NCBI RefSeq assembly: GCF_022539665.2
Contig: NC_081331.1
Span: 9,114,001-9,178,000, forward strand
DNA: 64,000 bases
Source of the DNA: Daphnia carinata
Lineage: Eukaryota
Direction of reading: 5' to 3'
The notes beneath the pieces are model-generated. The model was not told the DNA's origin and searched no databases. It saw only the letters and a list, made by a program, of their open reading frames with translations. A program made the position numbers and the translations under genes. Every line of letters begins with the position of its first letter. Position 1 is the stretch's first letter. This document shows, piece by piece, positions 1 to 15,000 of the stretch.

Positions 1-2063
1 AACGGTTTGAGAAGTAAAAACTAGACACATTTTCATATTCCTAATGTAACCGTCCATTGATTTTATACATTTGGCTATTTAATCAAAGAGAAATATCTAA
101 AAATATTTTTAGTGCAGAGAATTTTGTTTCTGCCTTCTTTTTTTTATATTCATTTTATCGTGCAGATGGTTTAGTGCGAAAAAAAATTTTATATTAAAAA
201 AAAATCCGTGAACAGGGAAAGAGGTGAAGCTTTGATGGAGATAAATGGGCCCCAAAACGGAGTGCACAGACTAACTGGTGCGGTGCTGCAGGAGATTTCG
301 CGAGAAAATTGGTCCGATCAGTGGTGTTGGAATAACTTTATTTTTATTAGTTTTATTGTTACAATTGGTGGTCTTCTGTAAGAGTACTAACGGCACAGAC
401 AAATCGATACTTTCCCATACCAAACTGTACCGCACACCGAGAGAATTATAAGAGATCCGGAACCGAACCGCACCTTTCAGACCTGTAAAGGCGTGGTTTC
501 GTGAATCCAACAAAAGAAAATACTCTGTTACGTTTCGTGCCGATAAAGCGCGGTGCTGAGAATGGGATAGTAGCGTAAAAGAGAGTTACATTAGTCGCTG
601 TTTGATTCCCTTTCGGGTCATGTCGATATGGCTAAGTCCGATTGAACGACCGTAGCAATCGACTTTCGGTCCGTGGACAGGTCGATCTGATGACGGTTTG
701 AACCAGTCCAGGTCGCATTGAACCGTTGACTTTCTTAGTTTTCTTCTATGCCCTTTAATTGTAAAACTAGCAATAATTCATTTTTGACGTTGGAAAAAAA
801 AAATAGCAAATGTGTTCCTGTGAATCAGTTTTTCGAGTTTATTGAACATATTGGCACCGTTTTTCAAACGTCAATTACGTTTATATAAACACAAAGAGTT
901 GTTGAACTAAAATTCAAGATTGTAAAACTGATGTTTTCTTTAAAAGGCTAGGAGCCATTTAAAATCTTTTAAAACAAGAACATGGAAGCTAAATGTTTAA
1001 TGTGGGCCAACAAGGAGCACTCTCCTTAAATATTAACAGCGAAATACAACACAGTTACCTTGTTTGCTTCAGAGATCGAGAAAAAATCTAACATTGAAAA
1101 GTAACTGAAATTCGACAAAACTCACAAAATGTTAGAGCTAAACTGAATATAGACTGATTTAGATATCGAATACCGCAATACCGATAGTGGTGCTTTAGTT
1201 TATAGTTTCAAGTTTCATATTTTCAGCTTTTCGTGAAGCATTAATAATTTCTGTTTTTAGCTTTGTTTTAACATAAACTCGACAATTTCTGGTGGGGCCA
1301 ATCTCTTTAGACACTGTGCAGGGGATCGATTTACCCAATTATTTTGCAGGGGATTAAGGAAAACAAAGGAGGTGGAGTAAGTTAGGAAACAAAAAAAAGA
1401 AAGACAGTAAAGGAGACAAGGCAATTTTTCTTTCAGCTATCCCAGGGTTAACACAAAGGCAACTTTTTGGCTGTTCAACGCAGTCAATCCGGGTCCAAAT
1501 CCATTCGGTTATCACTACAACGCGTTGGGCAACAAAACTTTTGAAATCATTCCCCAAGTTTTAGGGGTTCTTGGCTTACGTGCCTAAAAAGATAAAGGGG
1601 TAAATTGGATAGGGAGAAACAGCAAGTTTCACAAATCTCCGCCCTTTTTTCGTCAATATTTCGAGATTTGCTTTTCCTACTTCTATATAGATGACAGACT
1701 GGTATCGTTGTCTATAACGCCGACGATTTTTTGTTAAATTCGCTGCGAATATTTTACAATACTTGTTCAACAGTCAAAGGCGTTGAATGGATGGAACTGT
1801 ACGCGTATCGCTGTCATTCCGCATAGACGAATTCGTAACAAACTAATTGATCAGAATATCATCTATCAGACAAAAAGCGTTTTATAACTTTTATTTTCAA
1901 ACATTCAAAATAAGCTCTATAGTCATTTTATCGTATTTGGCCTCGCGAATGGCATCTATATTTCACCAATCAAACACTGTTAATTTAATAAGTTGTGTAT
2001 TTAACTCTAAAAGAAAATGCATAGTAAAAAAAACAAACAAAAACAAGACACTTTTTTAAACAG

Positions 2064-5000
2064 GAGATCATCTTCTAGTGGGGACAGCATCACCAGGATG
2101 CTTTCTTGTGGAGGAACAGGTGGAGGAGTCATCAAGCCTGTGCTACAAAAAAGAAATTCAGGGTCATGGTTGGCCAAAGGGACTACTGCGCAAAAGTATC
2201 TTTGGATCCGATTGGCTCTTTTCGAACGGAGTTTGGCAGGAATCATTGAGCACATAGTTGAAAGTCATTCGTGAGTAGTTCCATTGTAAGAAGCGATCCA
2301 TATGTTTACACGCAGTTTTTTTTTACAGCAAATACTACGAGAAAGACGCTCTCGTGGCGGATCCGGAATACGGCTCTCTTTTGGGTCATCTACTCGGTGA
2401 GTTGGAGTTACAACATTGTTGTCGTTTTTGTTTTCAACTCATACTGCTATTCGGTTCTCCAGTTTATATTTTTAATGTTGTGTTTCTTTTTAATGTTAAA
2501 TGGTGACCCGTTATGCTAGAACAAACGGAAAATTTGGCTCCTTTCTGCGAGCAAGTGTTATGTTTTCAGTTTATTAGATTATAATTAACTTCCTAAAGGT
2601 AATTCAGAATCCGGATTCAAACTTTTTCAGGTTGTTAGACTAGGTTATTTCTGTCATTAACTTTAATGTTTTTATTCTTAAAATGGCTGTGTTATCGTGA
2701 GTTGATTGATAGTGCCATGAGATCTAATAACATTTTATTCTTGTAGCTGGTCCCTGCGCTCTCGAATTCACCAAAATGAAAGTTAAGGATCATTATTGGA
2801 CGGACCCCCCGGCTGATGAACTCGTCCAGAGACACCGCATATCTAGCTGCGTATCAGCTGGTGCCACTTCGCCAGCGAACCGACGTCCAGGCCTGAACGT
2901 AAGCCACTCTACGCAAATGTTATTAATTCATCAAATTTTATCCCGACAGACGAGAAAGGGGAACGAAATAGCCGACGGTACGGCGACATATAGTTCCAAA
3001 AATTTTTTTTCGTTTTATTTCGTTTTTACTTGAATTAGATCATGAATTTCTGATTGGACATCAGGAATTTGGTTGTCATATTAATTCATACAACATTTTC
3101 TCAACACACACGAAAAACGAACCCCAAGCTTAATCAGATGAACTAAACTTGTTTGTTTATTTTACACTATGAAGAGCGTGCTGAAAGAAAGAATATCTTA
3201 ATTGAAATAGGCTGTGTTTTTTGTTAAATTATGTTTCTTTCTGAATGTAACATGATTGAAAATGCTGTCTTTTTTGTTGGGATCACACCACAGTACCGGA
3301 AGATTTTACCAGGAGGAGGCAGTAGTGACGTTGAATGCATTGGTTCCGTGGGAAGCCGAAACTGTTCCGCTAATTCGACGGCGAAGAATTATGTAGAATC
3401 TCTTCACCAGAACAACAAAATGATTCTTCTTTACGGCAAGAACAATGTCCTCGTCTTAGCGGTAAATATTATTATCAGTTATACTCGGAAAAGAGTGATA
3501 AGTCGTGTAGCACTTTATTATCACGGGTTTTTAGCTCAGAAAAACATTTCGTACTCGATTGTTTCATTGCTTTCGGTGCTTTATCGCTTTTGTTTGAAGT
3601 AGCAGCTTTAATTTTTTTAGCTCCGAAATGACTTTGACTACGTTAGTATTTGAGCACCATAAGCTAGAATTGCAGTGATGGTCACGCGAGCTCGAAGGCC
3701 CATGAACCTTTCATAACTTTACGCCTCACGAGTCTTTACATTTTTCCAATGCGTATAGCTAAAAAAAATATTTTTTTTTAAATAGAGCGAAATGGTGGAA
3801 CCAATTCCTGGCTACCTTTCCTTGCACCATACCATAGAATCACTGACGCTAAAATGGACGCCGAACCAGTTAATGAATTGTGGGACAACAGATTCAGATG
3901 GGATCGACAAAAGGTACATTTTTGCTAGTTAAATGGTTATGGTAAAATTGCTGATGTTGATGCGTAGGAAAAAGCTTCTCTGTTTCCAGCTTTATCGTAG
4001 CTTTATTTCTAGTTTTTGTAAAAATGTTACGCTACGGTCTTTTAGAGATATAAGTGCTACCTACGGATTTTTTTCCATTGTATTTGGATGACACACATCG
4101 GATTTCATCATTAACTACACACGTTTAAAGCACTATTTCATTTCGATTTCATTCAGCATATTTTGGAACTATGCCCTACACATCAACTTGTATGACATAG
4201 TCTACGTTCACTGTCACCAGAAAGGTACCTTCTTGTTTGTGTTCCCCAGGACGTTGTAGAGCAGCACGAACTATATCTAATAGTTTGCTCTTTAGGCAGT
4301 GGATTAGGCGGAAGTATGGTGCTTGTTGGACAGGATGGAGTCCAGTATCCAGCAATTCATTTTCCCGCCGGAGGTCACATGTTGGCCTTTCTAACCTGCT
4401 TAGAAACTGGATTGTATCCACAAGGTCGACTTGATCCACCACTCTGGACTCAAACGGATAAAGGTATTTAATCTGTCGTATGATCTCGGTTTTTCGTGCT
4501 AAAGTCTCTGTACGAAAGACACGTTATCATCTGTAAGTCTAGTTACTGCATGACGTTGAAAGTGTGCGAATCTGATAGTTAATTTTCAAAGGATAGTGGT
4601 GTCTGGTCAATGTAGTTAACCTTTCTAAAAAAAATTTGAGGGTCAAAACTGAGAAAATTAGTTAATCTTCTTGCTGCTCTAACCTCTCTGGATCTGGACT
4701 AGTTGGAGGGCATTTCTGTTTCCCATTGTATACTCTAACTGCTGACTAGAATAAGATGTGACTGTATTGAAAGACACTTTAACTAGATTAAATAAGATAG
4801 TTAGCGATTTCTTTCAACATTTAATATGTCTAGTATAAATCTTTGTGAAGAACGAAAAAAAAAAAAACGAGTCCCGTTGGTCAGAAAATATTGAATTCAC
4901 TTTCTGAAATTCGTTTATCTCATTTTTTTCCGTCGGGGTATGGTGGAATAAGAGATGGCGAACTAGCGGGCAGATCCTTTATTTTGGTCCTGGGTCTGTA

Positions 5001-8000
5001 CTAAAACTTAGGAAAAAATGAAATGATGTACCGTTCTTGTCTAGCGAACCAGAAAATACGTAGTCTGAGATGATTTTAGAGAAACAAACATACTCCTTTC
5101 CCTTTTGAAACTGGGGTTGTCTACTATATATTGATCCAAACACAAACAGTGGATACGTAATCACATTGCTGATGGTATTAAAGACATTTCGGATAGTGAG
5201 CATAGCAAGATGTAGCGAAGTGTTCAAAGTTGTGGACTAAATTAATTGAGTTGTTCCACTTGCAGGAAAGGTTTTTCCAAGAATAAAAAGGAGAGGACAT
5301 TTGAATGGGGACGAGTTCCTTGCAACAACGACTTACAGTCCGACTGAAAACAATGGCAACGAGGAAGAAAATTTGGATGACGCAACAGTTTCATCGGACT
5401 ACGTTTTTCGGATCGTCACGGCTGTGAGCGACGATTTTGATTTCGACCATAATGCAGGTGTGTAACTATTTTCCTTGACAGTTCAAATGAAGATGCAAGC
5501 GTTTTACGGGCAAAGTAAACTGGAGTGCAAAACGTATCCATTTTTCTTATCTTGTGCATATCAGTATCTTAGTTTGTTCTCGCTATGACACTTAAAATTA
5601 AGTAGCAAATACGCCGTTTTCTCAACGTTTTATGGGATGCTTAATTTAGAGTTATTCCGAGAGACACTTGATGACAACGCTTCGGTATCCCAAGAAGCAT
5701 CCGGCAACCTCTGTCGAGGTAAATTTTATTTCTAGTGAAGCTTTCCAATTTTGCAAAGAATAATAACAGTACACCGCTAAGCATTAGAAAGACAACCCCT
5801 CCTGCGTTTTTGCTCGTTTTTAATGTGAGGTCGTTTGACGACTTGTTCTCCCCACAAAAAATTTTGCCACCTAATAGCTAATTCTTCCAAATAAGAGCCA
5901 AGTTATAGATCAGACAAATTTGAAAACGCAACAAAATGGTAACTTTTCCTGGTTGGAGTTTCACATTACTTTTAATATGTACCACTATGTACCTGTCGAT
6001 AAAATTTGCGTTTTATAAATAATGTAAAGGTTTTGTAGAAAAAAAATTAATAATAAAAAAAGTTACCTTTGAATGGTTAGAAGAAACTTCTGGACCAGCT
6101 AATTTTGGTCATTGAATAAACTTTTTTCGTCAATTAGGTGGACCACGTCCGCCCCGGTGGTGGCCAGCTAACCAAATCCAACCATTCAACTCAACAGATT
6201 CAAGTGGTAGCTCGTCTTCTTCTAAAAGTTTCATCTCAAGTATAAGTGTTGCGGAGCAAACAAGTCCTAGTACAGTCAACTCTGTATTTTTGGAGACGAC
6301 TGCGGGTTCCACTCCCATGGAATCGTCACCTATAGTTATATTCCAAAATTTTCGGAAACGTGGGTAAGCAGCTGTTTTCATTACAATTATAAATTTTAGT
6401 TTCAAGCATCTGCTTGTATTTAAAGTAGAAATATTTTAGTGAAAATATATGTTATTGAAAATAAGTTATGTATTCATGTCCCGTTAAAAATATGGTATTG
6501 AAGACTGCCAACCGTATATGCGGTTTGAATCGAATAGTACCTAAATAACTGCGATGCTGATTCGTAACGAAAATTCGGAATCGGTGCCATTTTGCAAACG
6601 AAATGTCAAAAAAGACGGTTGCTCAAGTTGAATAAAAATTGCCCCGAAAAGGAAGCTCCCTGAAAATCATACAGGCGCGCTGCCGCATGAATAGACGCAT
6701 ATAGAAGAAGTATAGAGCGTATATAGAAATAGACACTTAGAAGTAACTTAAATACAGTACATCGTAAATACGATTAGCATTTATATACAGATGTTTCCAA
6801 TGCATGCAGAAAGATATTACAATACAAACATGAACCTATAAATATGAAATATTTCACTACCATACATTTATGTTTTTCCTGTTTTTTTCAATGGAGAAAA
6901 AAAACGTCAACGTCAGCAACACATTATTATGCATTTCATGTTTCTTGGCTAATACGCCAAAAACTTTCCAACGAACACTTTTCCAGAATTGAACATATAC
7001 TACGTATGTTCTCCCCTCCTGTGCCCGCTGTAAAAGGGGAAGGGATGCATGAGAATTTCAGGCCCCATTTTTTTTCTATAATGGTGGTGTTAGAGGGAAC
7101 CAAGACAAAGAACTAAACTGGGCAGGGAAAAAGCATTTAAGACACGTTTTCGGAAAAAAACCTTGTAATCTAAAATTAACTGGGGCCTACACCATTCCTG
7201 TTCGATTCGGTTTTGTTTACTTGGAATCGATACGATAAAAAAAAAAATATATAAAAAATGCGTATATCGGGAAATCAATCATATACCGTTGGGTACCTTA
7301 TTGGCGCATAAAGTTTTATTTAAAAATGGCGATTAAGAGTTACGTTAATTTTTAAGCACATGCGTCATGCAACAAACAACAAAATTTCTATTTTCAGAAA
7401 GTCTTTGCAACTGCTTTGCGAAACCATGAAGCGACAAATCATTTCGAGAGCCTTCTACGGCTGGCTCGGGCACTGCAGGCATCTGCGCATCGTGAGGACC
7501 CATCTTTCTGGATTAGTAAATCATAAAATTATTCCACGTAAGCATAAAAAATAGTTATTTAATCTCATGTGTGCTCATATAAAAAGGGTTTGTGCTAGGA
7601 AATTTAAGTTTCACAGTTATATCATTGAGCGTATTTTTCATGATATAATTCTAACGCTGAACTTAAACACGCAAATGTTAACATCAAATAACGAGATCAT
7701 TTTTAGGGGAAACACATTAACTATTTTAAAAGTTTTTTAGTGGTTTTTTAACGATAAAACCCTCCATCATTTGACAAATGTTTTTGAATGTTACTGATTT
7801 TGATACTATAATTAATAAATCGAATCTTAGATGTATGTAATGGAATCAACGAAGAAAACTGGAAATGTTTGTTTGTCGATGGTGTTGTACGTGATTCATA
7901 TGAATTATTTCGCCTGACGTACTACGGAGGAATATCACATCATCTACGCAAACAGGTTTTCACACACATTTGGTCGTTTCAACATTGGAACGTGTAATTA

Positions 8001-11000
8001 CATGCGCTATTTCTTCTTTCCCGAGAAGGTTTGGCCGTACTTACTTGGTCACTACCCATTTGGAAGCACGCCAGATGAGCGGCTCATGCAGAACAGAGCA
8101 ATGCAAACAACTTATGAAACAACAATGTCCGAATGGCTTGCCGTGGAAGCTATTATACGTCAGCGGGATAAAGAAAACATAGCTGCTAGTCTTGCAAAAC
8201 TTTCTTTTGGCTCCCAGGGTGGGGACCCCCCTTTTGACGGCCATTTGGAAGGCCATTTGGAAGGCCATTTGGAAGGCCATTGCAGAAGGTTGAGCAATGA
8301 GGTAATATAGGAGTAAATGCAACAAAGAAATTAATTCCATTAATCATTTGCCTTTTGACAAAGGTTTTCGACTGTGAAGAAACAGAAACTGATACATCCG
8401 AAATCGACAAAAGTGAGTTGAAAACTACATCAACGGACATCACTATCGAAAACTTAGGTTCAGAGGAAAAGGTTGCTGGACACATCTTGCATAAATAGAT
8501 TTGTTCAAATCGCACATGGCAATAACTATGTCTTATTTTTGCATGTTAAGAATGAAAGCAAAGACGTGTGCTCGACAGGCGTTGCTCTGGTCAAAGTAAT
8601 AACAACCCATCCCTCTTCAGGCAATGAAACAGCTTTAGTGAGCACACAACGTAAGCTAACCTAAAATGAGTAGCGCTTCGATGAAATTGTTTTTGTATTG
8701 AGTGTGCCTTGAACCTATTACAGTACATCAACCTTCGACGGTAGAGCATCAGTGTGCGGCAAACCATCAAAATGGTTTAACCATGGTCGAAATTAATTCA
8801 GCAAAAGAGACAAGCCTCAATCTGCCTAATCTGTCTACTGATGACGGCCTAGATCGCTGCAGTATAGGATCACGTTCGTCTTGCGTTTCGCCTGTAAGCT
8901 CGCAGGGTGGAATTTACACGGTACGGAAACTTTATCCTATGTTATACTACAGCTAAATTTAGTCACGATAATGAAGACTACGAGCGCCGACGAAAGAATG
9001 TGCTCTACATTCTTCTTTACAGCCTTTCAGCAAAATATGTTTCATTTGATGGGTAGATAGGGTCTACAAAGGGATGCGAACCATCTAATGTCATTTAAAT
9101 GTTTAATTTTGTCATTGACTAATGTGTCATGGATTTTTTTTTAGTTCTTATCGAGAAGAAATTCTCAGTTGAGTTCGTTTCCATAGCATTAATTTGGATA
9201 GAACTACAATATGTGGGCTTGCAACAAATAATACATAAATTTTTTCGTTTTTTTATTTAAGGCGGAACTGTTGGAAAAGTATGGTCTTAATCTACACAGA
9301 ATTGAAAAGGACGTTCAGCGATGTGACAGGAATTACTATTACTTCACACCTGCTAATCTTGAAAAACTCCGGAATATTATGTGCACGTAAGTAGCTGCTA
9401 CTAAACCTTTAACCGATACAAATTTCTTCATTCATGCACAAACCTCGTTTGCGACGACCAATTTTAAAACTATCCCCACTTTCCCAGCTGCTGTCATTTT
9501 CCTTCTTTCCTCGTTTCACTGGGCGTTTATTCCATCACTAGAAGTAGGATCTCTACAGAATCATCCTGGGACCTCAGAAATGTAGGGGTCAGAAGGGGTA
9601 CAACGATTAAAAATAAATCAAATATATACGCGCTGATATAGTAGCTCAATTAATCTTTATCCCAAAAAGGATCAGTTCAGACGCTGTAGAATAAATCTCC
9701 TAGAAAAAGGATTCTGGATGCTTAAGTGTACTTACGTTTTCATGCCATGATTTTTTTATCCCCTTTTGTATCAGATATGTTTGGTGCCACCTTGATATGG
9801 GTTACATGCAAGGCATGTGTGATCTGGTTGCTCCATTACTTGTCATTTTTGATGACGAGGCTTTAACATATTCATGTTTTTGTGAGCTAATGAAACGAAT
9901 GTCTGAAAATTTTCCACAAGGCGGCGCTATGGACAGTCATTTTTCTAATATGAGGTATGATGAAGCTTTTAATTGTTTTTTTTTTTATTATTTTAAATTA
10001 CGAGAAATTATGTCTCTTCATAGATTACTCATTCAGATCCTTGATACCGAAATTTATGACCTGATGCATCAAAATGGGGACTACACCCATTTCTATTTCT
10101 GTTATCGCTGGTTTCTCTTGGACTTTAAAAGAGGTAAACATCATTTTAATGGCCATATTAGAAATTGCTTTTTCTTGTACGTAGCCAACTTCGTTTTTGA
10201 ATGGTTGATTTCTTAAGTTTTTTTTTAGAAAAATAATTTAGTCTTTTTTTGGGATGGAGGGACGGAGGGAGTGTAGTATATGGAATTAGATTTGAGCTTT
10301 GTTATAGGCTACATGGCCATGCTAGAATAATATTTCATTTTGAAATTGGAAGGGAAAAGCTTATTATTTTTAAAATAAAAATTAGTTTGAGTCTGTTAGC
10401 TTGCAGTTTTGTTCGCCTAGCCACCAAGTTATATGTTTAAAAAATAGCTCATCTCAATTGTTTTGTCTAAATAAATACTGTAGCTTTACAAGTTTAAAAT
10501 TTTTCATCGATCCGAACTAAATCGATTAGGATTACTCATTCAGTGGCTATAAAGGACAATTTATTCTCAAAGTATTACTAAATTGCTCAGATACCCTTAC
10601 CCCGAACTAGGGTTGTTTATTTTTAGAAAAAGTTAGATGCTTTAGACTCTAAAAGTTTTCGAGTTATCCCAAAAAGTTTTTATTTTAATGGTCCATTTCT
10701 AGTTTTTGCCCAGACAACTTTTCACTTTAACCCCTTAAACAATGGAGGAAATTATAAAAAAACGGTCTTGAATCCTTCCTAGTTCATTTGAACCTGGCAA
10801 TTGAAACATCTTGAAGTACCTCCAATTTTTTACCTATAACATATGTTCACCTGTGCCAACAAAAATAAGTTTTTTGTTCAAACCATCCCCTCTCTCCTCT
10901 AGTCAATAATTTTATTTCCTTCCTTCCTGGGGCGGTGGTAATTGACTTTGGGTCGACCTCCCGATACAGCTATTATTAAGCGATTGTTATTCAACACTGA

Positions 11001-11423
11001 ATACTTTTAACATTGTGTTTCCACCATTTTCTTGGTAGCCCGAGGAGAACTGTAACGCAAAGCTCTACCTAAAACACAATTGATATTATTAATTCTTTGT
11101 TGTTTATCAGAGCTTGCGTACGAAGATGTCTTTCTGGTATGGGAAACCATATGGGCGGCGCGTTCAATTTCTTCTCCACATTTCGTTCTCTTCGTTGCAT
11201 TAGCATTAGTTCAGCACTACCGTGAAATCATTCTAGCCAATGCCATGGATTTCACTGATATAATCAAATTTTTTAATGGTAAGTAACCAAATCCTTTATG
11301 GTTTCGCTCAAAATTTCCTGTGAGGTTGTCTTAGAAATGGCTGAACGGCATGACACCAAAATCATTCTGCAAATGGCACGGGATTTAGTACTTCAGCTTC
11401 AAATGCTAATCGACGATAAATAG
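2064..11423 (+). CDS. SGSM1: Small G protein signaling modulator 1/2-like Rab-GAP (RUN domain + TBC domain); 5' exons not identified, probably upstream of the window
   Basis: GT-AG exons with consistent phases: 2064-2270, 2329-2396, 2747-2898, 3294-3461, 3786-3913, 4157-4224, 4296-4463, 5266-5457, 5650-5718, 6138-6363, 7398-7537, 7831-7955, 8029-8301, 8364-8471, 8551-8651, 8703-8920, 9262-9386, 9775-9954, 10024-10133, 11111-11278, 11335-11423 (TAG). SGSM signature peptides: [84 protein letters not shown] catalytic [10 protein letters not shown] and [21 protein letters not shown]. Paralog assignment (SGSM1 vs SGSM2) cannot be resolved. Confidence 0.93.
8239..8281 (+). repeat. In-frame 12-bp coding tandem repeat (GGCCATTTGGAA x3.6, encoding GHLE repeats)
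   Basis: ggccatttggaa occurs three times plus ggccatt, inside SGSM exon 8029-8301. Confidence 0.95.
10608..10790 (+). repeat. Dispersed repeat, copy 1 (SGSM intron); probably a transposon fragment
   Basis: Aligns by eye with 11841-12014 (shared blocks gttatcccaaaaagtttt, ctagtttttgcccagacaactttt, ttaaac.atggaggaaatta, gttcatttg). Confidence 0.8.
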
Positions 11424-11840
11424 CCAACCTGCCATATGGATCTGAAGAAAAAAATTGTCGTGGTTGTAAAATTTTATAGTTTCATATCTGTTCTTGTTGT
11501 TCTCGAATTTACGTCAAACTGAGACAAAAATGCAGACATTTTCGTGAAACACATCTAGTTTTACTGAGCGATATTTAATTTAATACATGATTTTATTCAA
11601 TTAATACACGTTTTTTATTATTATCGTTAACATTTTTTTACCAACACCTAGGTACTCGTAATACCTAACAATGGCGAAAGTTAAAGATCTATAAAAAATA
11701 GCTTACCCTATTAATTTGAAATTGCCCAAGAAATGATAGAGGACGGTGGCTGTAATTGGAACGCTAGACAATTGAAAAAAAATATTCTACCACTCGAAGT
11801 ATGACAGGGATTTAGTTTAAAAAATTTGAGATTATAGCAA

Positions 11841-12014
11841 TTAGGGTTATTTGTTTTTTAGGAAAAATATGAGGTTCTAGATTCTAAAGGTTTTCAAGTT
11901 ATCCCAAAAAGTTTTTTTACGGTGCATTCCTAGTTTTTGCCCAGACAACTTTTCCCCCATTAAACGATGGAGGAAATTACGATAAAAGGTATTGAATCAT
12001 TCCTTGTTCATTTG
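11841..12014 (+). repeat. Dispersed repeat, copy 2 (downstream of the SGSM stop)
   Basis: Diverged direct copy of 10608-10790. Confidence 0.8.
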
Positions 12015-15000
12015 TCTATAAACTGATTACATTACTTTTCTCCTAGCCCTCCTTAAACAATAATTCCCATTTTTCCTCTTAACTAGATAACAAATTAGAT
12101 AATGCTCGGTATACTGTTTAGAACAAATACCCGATAAAACTATATAGTAAAGTAAAATAGTTATGAGAGTAAATGGTTAAAAAAATTATTTATCGCATAA
12201 AAATTTATATTTGAAATCTCGGAAAACAGTTGATATTATTTGCAGCGTTGCCCCAACATTAAAGTGGGAAATAAATCTGGCTCCGAAAACGGGGCTTGGT
12301 ACTTTGTTCACGTGTTTAAAGATATAGTATCTTTCATTAGAATTCTTCCCATCCAGCGAATAGTTTTTTTTTATCTAAACACAAATTCAATAATCATAAA
12401 AAATAGAACAAGTGGAGAACGCGTACCCATTTCTCATTATTGCTCAATGTCTTACCAGAAAGAGCACTGAGGGGTAATTGCGTAGCAGGATCAGTTATCC
12501 AACTTGAGCAATTTCCTTAGCGCCGGTCCTAAAGAAAAAGCAATTGTTATTTTGATCGTGAAAAAGTAAGAAGTTTTTCAATAAAATAATATATTCTTGG
12601 CTAACATATTGTCGAAAATCCAGCCAACTTTCAAGAACAGCAGTTGGTTGGCAACATCCATGGCGTCAAGAATCAGCTCCACTGTCTTCTATATCTTTGA
12701 TTCCGTAATTAGCGTGCGATAATCACCGTTGGAGTGAGGTGAAAAGGAAATCCATTTTGATCCAGTTGTTCAGACTCGACCAGGACCGCTCTTATGGTTC
12801 CCTTTGCACCAAAAGATCACACCATTTACAGATTTTTGTGTTTTTTGTCCTTTTGATCATCTGAAAGTTTTACAAAAAAAAAAAAGGAAAAGTTCACAAA
12901 GGAAAAGAAGTTGCTCTCATGTGTAAAGACTTTTTTGAATTTTTATAGCATTGCGACTACTTTATTCCTGGTTTGTTGGAATATTTTTCCTTGGTATTTG
13001 GTTCTCAAGGGTCTAGACCCTATTTATTTCCCCTACCTTTTACCATTTGCTACTATTATAGTGTTTCAGACAGGAAAAACAGTTTTCAAAAGTACATTAC
13101 CTCCACAGATGGCGGACAATGCAGTAGGATAAAACTGCTCAAAATATCAGTCACCGTATAAGGATAAATAAAAGTACGAAAAATTTTTCCACAAAATACC
13201 ACCCACCATTTGGGTGGTAGGCCTACTTTGGCTGTTCATAGTCCAAAAAAACAAAAAACAAATAAAAAATCCAATACTTCAAAAGAAACATTTGTTTTTT
13301 TAACAGAAACGTTTTACACTGGTCGTTTCGCACTTATTAATTAATAAGAAATTAAGAAATACTAATTGTGCGGGAAAGCTAATAATTCTTTTATGCGCTG
13401 GAGCTTAAGTAAAACAAATTAACTAAAGTAGATCAGAAGACTGCAAATGGAGAAAATGACTATCCGGTCCGGAAAAGTCGATATGGATCTTGCTTTATTT
13501 TTTTTGTTTATTCCAGTCAAAGATAAGATTTGACAGAATAAAATGACTTATGAGTTAAAAATGTAGACAAATAGCGAATTGTTCTGAAAACCGATATGTT
13601 ATTTTTCTTTAAAACTTTGTGCCTTAGTAAATTACTACGTGGACTATGCCTGATGCAAGTTTCAAAGAAAATTTTTTTCTGATTTTGTTTTTGCGATTTC
13701 CTATAGGCTTTTTTTTATTATTTTTTTTTTTATCACAATCATGTGGAGGAAACTGCGCCGCTTTCGTACTTTCGTGTTTTCAAGTAAAATTACAATTAAG
13801 TATTGGATTTCTAATTAATTAAATGATTTTTTAAAAATCACGGAAAGAGATGCATTGTTTGAACTAAGGTGGAGCTACATTTCAAATTAAAGGGTTTGAC
13901 GACGTTTTTCAAGCTTACAGCTTGAATCGTAACGCAAAGGGAACAAACTATGAACTATGCCACAGATGTATGATATCTAACTTTTGGCTATGTTCTTTAA
14001 TTGTAAGTAATTTTTTTTTGTGTCGCAGGTAGCATCTCTTTTATTTTTTCTTTCTGATAAATCTCAGGACTCCGCTCTAAATAGAATCATATGGACTTGA
14101 TTTATTGCCAAAAGGTGGGATTTTCTGTGGTATGGATAAATCTTTTTGTATTGGCATTTCGATTCTACGAGCGTGGTTTGCTGTATAGATTATATATACA
14201 GCCATTCATCAAAATTCCTTTAGCAGGTAAATGGGTCTATACCACTTAATTCCTTTTCATGGAAGGGGTATAGGGTTCTGTTCTTCTTGGCACAGAAATA
14301 TGCGCATTAACACGTAGAATTTGCCTATACCTAGTTTATGGTGGCGTCGTTGACTCATCTTTATGTGTTAATTAAAAGTTCCTAGATAAAAATCAGGGAT
14401 AATAATAAACTGTCATCCGTTGCGTTTTTTTTATGTTATTCAAATGCTTGTTAATCAGGTTACTTACAGTTTTTTTTTTCAAAAATGTGTAAATTAATGG
14501 CGAATATTAGAAATATATCATCAAAATATACTACCGGAAGCTACTGGCGCGAGCCGTATTCTTTTCTAAATACCAGTATGACACATAACAAATAATCTTT
14601 TTTTTTTCAGCATCGAGCCAGTATTGGTATCGGCTTTAACTGGCTCTAATCGGGGTAATCGCCACGAAAAACCATTGGGGCGCAATCGGTGGAATACTTT
14701 ATCAATCATGGCGGGGCAAAAATCATGGGATATCCCGATTGCCCCGACGCGATTTTTAAAAATGCGGCTGTTACGGTTTCAAGGGAAAATTGGAGTAGAA
14801 GGACAGAATGAGGTATTAAGCTACACGGAGGTACGAAGCTCTATACAACGGTCGTGTAAACTGTTCCTTCTCGGAACAAGTGAGATATTCGACTTCGGCT
14901 CATTTTGCGACATCCCACCCGTTCGTGGTCTATGGTTCAAAATCCCATAAACAAAAATAACACCAAAAAATACATAATGTATGACAGTAGAATATCTCCT

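Noticed and set aside
12450..12535. Minus-strand segment with good acceptor and donor sites
   Set aside because: Stops in all three frames and no other support; it could only be non-coding.
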